From an uncultured Actinomycetes bacterium (lineage in GTDB: Bacteria; Actinomycetota; Thermoleophilia; RBG-16-64-13): a DNA stretch of 64,000 nucleotides. The stretch covers positions 762,218 to 826,217 of the forward strand of contig CAVZIK010000006.1 of NCBI GenBank assembly GCA_963775295.1. Reading direction: 5' to 3'. The stretch's first letter is position 1, and each line of letters begins with the position of its first letter. This document shows positions 57,115 through 64,000 of this stretch, piece by piece. Position numbers and translations under genes: made by a program. A model generated the notes under the pieces. That model ran no database searches, was not told the origin of the DNA, and saw only the letters and a list, made by a program, of their open reading frames with translations.

Positions 57115-57747
57115 CTACCCGGTTGAGCGGTCAACCAGGTCGCCACTGGTTGGAGGTTGACAGGCATCCGGAGCGATTCCCTGAAGGATCGACTCCAACA
57201 GCCTCGACGAGACTCTCGGATGCCAGAGCGGTCTCACCCCCATCAGGTGCGCGATATCTCCGCTCCACGCCCAGCCTCCGATCATCCAGGCCACATCCTC
57301 CGAATCGATGTCTTCGGCGATGGTTCCCTGGCGCTTGCCCTCGTCGACAATGAGAGCCATGTCCTTCACTGCTGCCAACTGCTTCTCTCGGAGGGATTCT
57401 CTTAGGTCGTCTTCAGCTGCGGCGGCTACGAATTCAAGGAACAGGTGGGCGTGACCGGAGGTCCCCTCAGTCGCGATCAGTTCAGCATGGTATCTGCAAA
57501 TGTCGCGCAGCTGTTGCAGGGCGTCCTTGCTCGGGGAAGAGCGGTGAAGCGCAAAGGTTTCTTCATAAACCGCATCCAGCGCCGCGAGGAGAATTGCCTG
57601 ACGGTTCTCGAAGTGAACGTAGAGAGCGGCCGTCGTGGTGCCTGCACCTTTGGCGATCCGCGCCATGGTCGTTCCCTGAACTCCGTACTTTCCGATCGTC
57701 TCGAGAGCGACGTGGACTATCTGGCGCTTCCGTGCCTCAGCGGTCAT
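57115..57747 (-). CDS. TetR-family transcriptional regulator
   Basis: N-terminal HTH RKRQIVHVALETIGKYGVQGTTMARIAKGAGTTTAALYVHFENRQAIL; start at the second Met of track ORF 57115-57807. Confidence 0.8.
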   Translation of the reverse strand: MTAEARKRQIVHVALETIGKYGVQGTTMARIAKGAGTTTAALYVHFENRQAILLAALDAVYEETFALHRSSPSKDALQQLRDICRYHAELIATEGTSGHAHLFLEFVAAAAEDDLRESLREKQLAAVKDMALIVDEGKRQGTIAEDIDSEDVAWMIGGWAWSGDIAHLMGVRPLWHPRVSSRLLESILQGIAPDACQPPTSGDLVDRSTG

Positions 57748-57832
57748 TCTCCTGGTCCCCGCGCCCACAAATCTCCCTTCGCCACTCACCCAAACAGTTC
57801 TTGACATGTTAATGGAGATCCAGTAATTTGGC

Positions 57833-57870
57833 CACCATAAATTAATGGACGTCCATTAATTTATGGTGGG
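57833..57870 (+). promoter_or_regulatory. 38-bp perfect palindrome CCACCATAAATTAATGGACGTCCATTAATTTATGGTGG, probable TetR operator in the TetR/MFS divergent promoter region
   Basis: The left half reverse-complements exactly to the right half; a partial extra half-site TTAATGGAGATCCAGTAATTTGGCCACC lies at 57809-57836. Confidence 0.6.
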
Positions 57871-57933
57871 GCGAGGCCGACGCTCACGGACCATTGGCGA
57901 AGGCTTATCCTGATCGAATCGAGGCGGGTGTGA

Positions 57934-59280
57934 TTGGGGGGATCCTTGGCACGATCGTCACAGCCTGTGAGCACGGGCGGGCGGTTCCGGCCCAAGTACT
58001 TTTACGGCTACCTCAATAGCCTCTTCGCGGGCATCGCTCTGTTTCTTGTTGGCGGGGCGAACTACGTTCTACCTGCGATGTCTGGCTTCATGAGGAACGA
58101 GCTGGGGTGGAGCGCTACAGCTACCGGGGGAGCGTTCTCGGTCTATTACGTGGTCTTCGGAGCCTTCGTGATGGGTGCGGGCGCTCTGGTGGTTCGCTTC
58201 GGACCGCGACTGCTAATCGGAGCAGGCGCCTTAGTCATTGTCGTGGCCAGTGTGCTCTTGTCCGTGACGCACCAACTCTGGCAGTTCTATCTGTTGGCCG
58301 GACTCTATGCGGCAGGCATGTCCAGCGGTGGGGTTGTCACAGGGCCTCAGCTGGCCAGCAACTGGCTGCACAAATGGCGCGGGCTTGTGATCGGCCTTCT
58401 TTTTGCGGTAGCCGGTCTGGGCGGCAGCGTCCTGGTTATAGTCGGCGAAAGGGTTATGGGCGTCTACGGCTCCTGGCGACCGAGCTGGCTGGTCATGGCC
58501 GCGATCATGCTGCTCCCCGTTATCCTGGCGGTGGTGTTCATCCGCAACCGCCCTGAGGACCTTGGCCAAAATGTCGACGGGGTCGAGGATCCAGCGCAGC
58601 TCGCAGCGAGGCCTGACAAGCGTTCGGACAGAGCCTATAAGTGCCTGGAAGGCTGGAGCGTACGCGAAGCTGCGCGGACGCCCTCTTTGTGGCTGCTAGT
58701 GCTGACGTTCGGTTTCAGTGACTACGTGATGCTGGGCATGCTGTCACACCAGGTCACGTATCTGACGAAGGAGGTCGGCATCTCAGCAGGCGTAGCAGCC
58801 GGAGCGCTCGCTCTCATGGTGGCTTTCATGGCTGTGGGCAAGGCCGGCGGCGGATGGCTGGCAGATAGGATCGAGCCCAGAAAGACTCTAGGGTTGATGT
58901 CACTCATGTTGGCCGCGGGCCTACTGGTCCTCCTTTTCTGGCACGCAGAGATCGCCCTCTACTTTTACGTCATCCTGCTGGGAGTGGGATTCGGGGGAAG
59001 CATGACACAAACCTCGGCGACCCTCGCCAACTATTATGGGCGGAAGAACCTCGCCGCGATCATGGGGCTCGTCCACGGGACCGCGGCGCTGCTCGGCGCG
59101 CTGAGCACAACGATGACCGGGGTCATTCGGGATTACGCGGGGACCTACGTGCCGGCGTTCGTCGTCATGCTAGTGTTGGCTGTCATGGGAGCCGGCTGTG
59201 CCTTCCTTGCGCCGATCCCTCAGCGCAAAGTCGAAACCCTTGACGTGCCGGCCCCTGATACGCTCATGGAGAGAGCCTAA
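57934..59280 (+). CDS. MFS transporter (12 TM helices)
   Basis: TTG start; typical MFS hydrophobic periodicity. Confidence 0.8.
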   Translation: MGGSLARSSQPVSTGGRFRPKYFYGYLNSLFAGIALFLVGGANYVLPAMSGFMRNELGWSATATGGAFSVYYVVFGAFVMGAGALVVRFGPRLLIGAGALVIVVASVLLSVTHQLWQFYLLAGLYAAGMSSGGVVTGPQLASNWLHKWRGLVIGLLFAVAGLGGSVLVIVGERVMGVYGSWRPSWLVMAAIMLLPVILAVVFIRNRPEDLGQNVDGVEDPAQLAARPDKRSDRAYKCLEGWSVREAARTPSLWLLVLTFGFSDYVMLGMLSHQVTYLTKEVGISAGVAAGALALMVAFMAVGKAGGGWLADRIEPRKTLGLMSLMLAAGLLVLLFWHAEIALYFYVILLGVGFGGSMTQTSATLANYYGRKNLAAIMGLVHGTAALLGALSTTMTGVIRDYAGTYVPAFVVMLVLAVMGAGCAFLAPIPQRKVETLDVPAPDTLMERA

Positions 59281-59406
59281 CCTACGCGATATCTTGGCAG
59301 GCGTAAACTTAGGGGAACGCCCTTCGTTCGTGACGGTGGGCATACACTTGGTTCACGGATTGGGCATGGTACCGCACATGCGGGGGACTTCTGGGAGGAA
59401 TGAAGC

Positions 59407-60249
59407 ATGACGCAGGCCATTCGTGTCGCCGGAGTGCAGATGAATCCGAAACTGGCGGATGTTGCCGGCAACCTTGCGCGCTGCCTGGGGCTCATGAAGA
59501 CCGCCGCCGAAGGGGGAGCGCAGCTTATAGTTTTCCCCGAAGCAGCCTTGAGCGGCTATGTCTTTCGCAGTTTGGAGGAGGCAATCCCGGCGGCCGAGGC
59601 CATTCCCGGCCCGAGTACCGATGTTGTCGCCGATGTCTGCCGCCGACTGAACGTGCATGCGGTCGTGGGTCTGCTGGAGAGGGACGGAGAAGACTACTTC
59701 AACGCTTCGGCCCTGATCGGACCGGAGGGTCTGATAGGAAAGTATCGCAAGCTACACCTGCCCTATTTGGGAGTGGACCGATTTCTCCGCCCGGGGAATC
59801 TCGCCCCGAGCGTGCATGAGACCCCGCTCGGGAGGATCGGACTAAGCATTTGCTACGACCTCGATTTTCCAGAGTACCCTCGAGTGCTGGCTCTGATGGG
59901 GGCTCAACTCATCGTAACGATCACCAATTGGCCTGATGACATCGAGTTCGTCCCCGACCACGTCGTGCAGACCAGAGCCCGGGAGAACGTCGTTAACCAT
60001 ATCGCGGTCAATCGGGCCGGGGAGGAGCGAGGCGTAAGGTTCATAGGACGGAGCATGGCGGTCGACCCGAGGGGGGTCATCCTGGTCGAAGGCAAGCATT
60101 TTACGGAGGACTTGATCTTCGCGAATATCGATCCGGCCGCGACAGACCAGAAACATAGAGTTGTCATACCTGGCGAGCTGGAGACAGACATGCTTGAGGA
60201 CCGTCGACCGGAGTTTTACGGTCTGCTTGCTGCGAAGCGAGGGAACTAG
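59407..60249 (+). CDS. carbon-nitrogen hydrolase (nitrilase superfamily) protein
   Basis: RBS GGGAGGAATGAAGC; catalytic triad context …QLIVFPEAALSGY…, …YRKLHL…, …GLSICYDLDFPE. Confidence 0.9.
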   Translation: MTQAIRVAGVQMNPKLADVAGNLARCLGLMKTAAEGGAQLIVFPEAALSGYVFRSLEEAIPAAEAIPGPSTDVVADVCRRLNVHAVVGLLERDGEDYFNASALIGPEGLIGKYRKLHLPYLGVDRFLRPGNLAPSVHETPLGRIGLSICYDLDFPEYPRVLALMGAQLIVTITNWPDDIEFVPDHVVQTRARENVVNHIAVNRAGEERGVRFIGRSMAVDPRGVILVEGKHFTEDLIFANIDPAATDQKHRVVIPGELETDMLEDRRPEFYGLLAAKRGN

Positions 60250-60429
60250 GTCGGCTGAACCCCCGGTCTCCGCGATCGAGGACGCCGGGCAACGGCTGAG
60301 GGGGGACCGATGAAGACCAAAGGGCGCCTGTCGGCAGTGATGGTGCTGGGTTTCGCGGTTTTCGTGCTTGTCGTTGGGATGGGTCTATCGGTCAGCCTGC
60401 GGGACCGTGCCTGCTGCTGAGCCAGAGGC

Positions 60430-60880
60430 AGGAGTCGATTTCACGCCTGCCGTCCTTGAGGACGAGTCCAAGCTCCCGTCATCAACCCCAGACAAAGACG
60501 GATGTACCCGCGGTCGTGGCTGGCGACTACGCCTTCGCCTTCGATCTTTTCCGGACCATCCGTCCCAAGCGTGAGAACCTCGTTCTTTCCCCTACCGTCT
60601 CTGCGCCGTGCTCTCCATGACCATGGCCGGCGCCAGGGGGGAGACTCAGCAAGAGATGGCGAAGGTTCTTCACCTCGTTCTCGTCGAGAACCGACTCTAC
60701 CCGGCCCTGGGCTCTCTTGGCGACTCGCTCGCCGACATCACCGATTTCACTTCTGTCCCCGCGGTCTGGGGCCAGGATGGCTTTGTCTATGAGGCGCCCT
60801 TCCTCAACCTCGTGAAGAATACGTACGGGGCGCCTCTGCGTACGGTGGACTTCGGCGGCTACCAAGTCGCAGCAGACTGA
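60430..60880 (+). pseudogene. truncated, frameshifted serpin fragment (paralog of 45676-46965)
   Basis: …YAFAFDLFRTIRPKRENLVLSP… then a frameshift, …LSMTMAGARGETQQEMAKVLHLVLVENRLYPALGSLGDSLADITDFTS…NTYGAPLRTVDFGG, stop; only about 135 of about 430 aa. Confidence 0.6.
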
Positions 60881-61613
60881 CGGCCGCGACTCGTTCACTG
60901 AACGGCGGAGCCCCCGGAGGTGAGAAGGGGGTTGTCCGCCGTACTGACACGAGGGTCACAGTTCGAAGGGGGTGTTGGAACTTGCGACCAAACTATATGT
61001 TAACAGCATCTAGATGAAGAATACCTGAACGTATGGCAGTCGGCCGTTCGAAGGCGGGAAATGGCGGCGCCGCGCGGCCCGGAGTGCAGTGAACGCACAG
61101 GTAAAGGTTTCCACTCTCCCGGACGTGTTTTGAAGTAAGCACGCGGGATGAAGGCATGGGCGTCGGGCGGAGCGTGAGGACAGTCATGAAACATTACCGC
61201 TTGGCGGCGGTTCTGGTTGCCCTCCCGGTAACGAGTCTCTTCATCGCTGGCTGTGGGACTGTCGATCCGATGACAGAGACACCAAGATGGGCGAGACGAT
61301 CGATCTCGGTCCACGTGGCATGTGGCCCAGCATCGACGGCGGCCTACTAGTCCGGCTTTTTGCACGCCTTTCCCATCCCCCCGGGGGGGAAGCCCTGATG
61401 GTCCAGGATCTCGCCAGTGGTCGGACGACGCAACTAACTGACAGCCAGTGGTCTGATCAGCTGCTCCTCTTCTAATGACCAGGGCTCAACCGCCCGTCTG
61501 GAGGGCGACCCCGCGAATCTCGCGCATCATACTGAATATGCCGACCGGTTTCCGTGTTCGGCGTGGCAGGAAGCAGTGAAGCCGCTCACCGCAACGTTCG
61601 ACAAGGGGTCGAG

Positions 61614-62360
61614 ATGCGAACAGGTCTACTCATAGGAGTCATCGTCGTTGCCGTGCTCGTGGTTATAGGGGCCGCCGGGGTCGGTGTGGGCTACGTCTTA
61701 ACACGCGGGGCGGGGCCGGTGGTGAGTGAAACCCGCGAAATTTCGTCGTTCACACGGGTGGATTTGAGCGGCAAAGGCGTTCTGATACTAAGCCAGGGGG
61801 CGACACCCACCCTCCGCATCGAGGCCCAACGGAACGTCCTCGATCGATTGGAGACCACCGTGAACGGTGACACCCTCCGCATTCACCAGCGCTGGCGCTG
61901 GTTCGACTACGGCGTGTCCTGGGGTCACGAGCCCATCACGTACCACCTTACGGTTCCAGACCTGCGGGCCGTCAAGCTGAGTGGCGCAGTGTCCGTGCAA
62001 GGCGAAAGCCATTTCACTGCCGGGGAGTTCGTGATCGAGTGCAGCGGCTCCAGCGAAGTGAGCCTAGACATGCGGGCAGATAACTTGCGGGTGAACACGT
62101 CTGGCTCCTCGGATATTACCCTAACCGGAAAGGCCGACACCGTGTCCTTCAACAGCAGCGGCTCTACCAAAATCTCGGCCCGCGGCTTGGCGAGCCGAAT
62201 AGCGACGATAGATTGCAGCGGTTCCTCCAACATCGAGGTGAACGCCCGCGAGCAATTGAATGTCGATGCCTCCGGGAGCTCCACGGTCTCTCACCTGGGG
62301 GATCCCGTTCTGAATACCAACATTTCTGGATCGGGAGAAGTGCGGCGGCTGGTGCAATGA
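61614..62360 (+). CDS. DUF2807/DUF4097-like protein (putative adhesin head GIN domain), membrane-anchored
   Basis: ATG 61614 after GGGG; TM helix LLIGVIVVAVLVVIGAAGVGVG; repeated beta-strand blocks …SGSSEVSLDMRADNLRVNTSGSSDITLTGKADTVSFNSSGSTKISARG…. Confidence 0.55.
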   Translation: MRTGLLIGVIVVAVLVVIGAAGVGVGYVLTRGAGPVVSETREISSFTRVDLSGKGVLILSQGATPTLRIEAQRNVLDRLETTVNGDTLRIHQRWRWFDYGVSWGHEPITYHLTVPDLRAVKLSGAVSVQGESHFTAGEFVIECSGSSEVSLDMRADNLRVNTSGSSDITLTGKADTVSFNSSGSTKISARGLASRIATIDCSGSSNIEVNAREQLNVDASGSSTVSHLGDPVLNTNISGSGEVRRLVQ

Positions 62361-62405
62361 GACGCCGACCACAAGCGACGACGGCCAGCGAAAGACGACG
62401 TCGCT

Positions 62406-63797
62406 CTAGTCTTCCGACGACGGGTAGCGCTTGCCCAGTGGGCCCACGTAGACCGCGCGCGGGCGGAAAATCCGGTTGTTCTCTAGGTACTCCTGTACTC
62501 TCGCCGTCCAGCCGGCGACGCGGCTCACGGCGAAGATGGGCGTGAAGAGTTCGGGAGCGATGCCGAGGCCCGCATAAACGATCCCCGAGTAGAAGTCGAC
62601 ATTTGGGAAGACGTGCTTGTCCGCGCCCAGGTCGGCGATCACGGTCTTCTCAAGCGCATCGGCGATGGCAAACAAGCGGGCGGTCTCCTCACTGCCCTCC
62701 GCGAGAATGCGCGCAAGGGGGCCGAGAACTCGCGCGCGCGGATCGTACGCCTTGTACACGCGATGGCCAAATCCCGGGATCTTGCGTTTTTCTGCGCGGG
62801 CGCTTCGATACCAGGATTCTACGTTGGTCGGATGATCGATCTCTCTGAGCATGTGCAACACCAGTTCGTTAGCCCCTCCATGGAGCGGTCCGCTCAAAGC
62901 GCTGATGCCGGCTCCGACCGAGAAGTACATGTCCGCCTGCGTGGACGCGACGACCATGGCCGCGAAGGTGCTCGCATTCATACCATGATCGGCGTGGAGT
63001 ATGAGGCACACGTCCATCAGCCGCTCCTCCACGGGCGAGGGCCTGCGACCTGTCAGCATGTACAGGAAGTTGGCTGCATGGCCCAGTCCTGGGTCCGGGT
63101 CCAAGGGCATGAGCCCCTGGTGAACTCGGCCTATGGCCGCAGTAATGGTGGCAGTTCCCGCGATCAGACGGTACGCGGCTTCGAAGCCTGAGGGCCCACC
63201 ATTTCTGCTCGCTCCGGCCGCATCTCCCGCGTTACTCCTGGTGAACTCGTAGACGGCGTGCTCGTGACCTGTGGGCCGCGTTTCCATCGCGATGGAGTCC
63301 TCATCGGAGGCGATCACCATCTGTGGCACCATCCTGGTCCACTCCTGGTCTGTGGTGCTGGACTCCTGGTGGGAAAGGTTGGTGCCGAGTCGCAGAGCGC
63401 GCATGGGCTTCATCGTTTCGATGGGGAAGCTCAACATGCGGCGAAGAGTCTTTGGAAGATACCGGTATCCGGCGAGGGTAGACTTGAAAGTCTCGAGCGT
63501 CGATGGAGACGGAAGCTCGCCGTACACAAGCAGATACGCCACCTCCTCGAAGCTCGAATGCGCGCACAGGTCGAAGACGTCATAGCCACGATATACGAGC
63601 CAGCCCTTGGAACCATTGACATATCCGACCTTGCTCTCGCAGGCGATGGCTCCCTCCAGCCCGGGGCCGACAGTGCAATCGACGGGCCAATCGACGGGTT
63701 GAGTCAGAGCGGGTTCAGGCTCGTCGCTCGTCTCGTCACGTGCTGTTGCGGCTGCCGCCTGGATCAGCTCGGTTATCCCATCCCTGGCTGTGTGCAT
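62406..63797 (-). CDS. citrate synthase (or 2-methylcitrate synthase)
   Basis: …GFGHRVYKAYDPRA…, …HGGANE…, C-terminus …FRPRAVYVGP. Confidence 0.9.
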   Translation of the reverse strand: MHTARDGITELIQAAAATARDETSDEPEPALTQPVDWPVDCTVGPGLEGAIACESKVGYVNGSKGWLVYRGYDVFDLCAHSSFEEVAYLLVYGELPSPSTLETFKSTLAGYRYLPKTLRRMLSFPIETMKPMRALRLGTNLSHQESSTTDQEWTRMVPQMVIASDEDSIAMETRPTGHEHAVYEFTRSNAGDAAGASRNGGPSGFEAAYRLIAGTATITAAIGRVHQGLMPLDPDPGLGHAANFLYMLTGRRPSPVEERLMDVCLILHADHGMNASTFAAMVVASTQADMYFSVGAGISALSGPLHGGANELVLHMLREIDHPTNVESWYRSARAEKRKIPGFGHRVYKAYDPRARVLGPLARILAEGSEETARLFAIADALEKTVIADLGADKHVFPNVDFYSGIVYAGLGIAPELFTPIFAVSRVAGWTARVQEYLENNRIFRPRAVYVGPLGKRYPSSED

Positions 63798-64000
63798 GTC
63801 GATCGCCTCCGATCCTCCCAGCGCTGTCCGCGCCCCGCACCATATCAGTCTACTGCACCGGCCCGCTGCGGAGGAGCGATGGATCTCGCTAGGTGCTTGG
63901 CCGCCGTCTTCTTCTTGGAGGGCGTCAGGTGGCTGGAGGATTGATGCTACTGTGGGCGGGCAGACGGGACGCCGGGAGGGCCTTGCGACTGCCCCGTCGG

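Noticed and set aside
56705-57115. Small ORFs 56863-57126 (+) and 56794-57087 (-) between the CoADR and TetR genes
   Set aside because: The two overlap each other on opposite strands. Neither has start signals or recognisable composition.
61370-61395. CCCATCCCCCCGGGGGGGAAGCCC palindrome
   Set aside because: It is a short GC palindrome in a non-coding gap with no associated feature. It is probably a weak hairpin of no special significance.

Overview
This is a high-GC (about 60-65%) bacterial chromosomal window, densely coded on both strands. Many genes use GTG/TTG starts, and many neighbours are translationally coupled through 4-nt ATGA/GTGA start-stop overlaps. Contents from left to right are as follows. 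(1) 1-9.9 kb is the remnant of an integrated mobile or prophage-like element. It holds a CHC2-TOPRIM-P-loop primase, an AlpA/Xis-like HTH gene, an XRE regulator, an HNH-like gene and several Zn-ribbon or unknown ORFs. It also carries an intact IS256-family insertion sequence whose 9-bp target-site duplication contains the xis stop codon. (2) 9.9-12.1 kb holds two paralogous, overlapping SLH-domain cell-wall proteins, one fused to a thermonuclease and a lamin-tail domain. (3) 12.37-12.68 kb is a 111-bp tandem repeat built from nested ~38-bp sub-repeats bounded by CCTAGG palindromes. (4) Next is a COG2865 gene (AlbA_2 + HATPase_c_4, Schlafen-like). (5) Three paralogous ECF sigma/anti-sigma pairs follow, two in tandem at 14.6-19.0 kb and a third at 26.5-28.8 kb. 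At least nine secreted, lipoprotein or SLH-protein genes at 19-26 kb and 42-48 kb are each preceded by the same ~40-nt promoter-like motif (AAGGTAATGCTTTCGGcccNGCCGGACATATGATGAG). A second recurring ~55-nt motif sits upstream of the sigma genes. (6) 29.4-35.8 kb is a lower-GC island with an intact IS21 (istA/istB, 5-bp TSD), an IS3 OrfA remnant and a 5'-truncated tyrosine integrase. (7) A STAS protein is followed by a 1273-aa RsbW-kinase/PAS/GAF/PP2C fusion. (8) The right end holds a serpin lipoprotein operon (plus a serpin pseudogene copy), a CaCA antiporter, a PAS-GGDEF protein, a DUF169-like gene, a CoA-disulfide-reductase-rhodanese, a TetR-operator-MFS-nitrilase unit, a DUF2807-like protein and citrate synthase. 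No rRNA, tRNA or CRISPR array was recognised by eye. All domain calls rest on motif recognition in the translations, with no database search.
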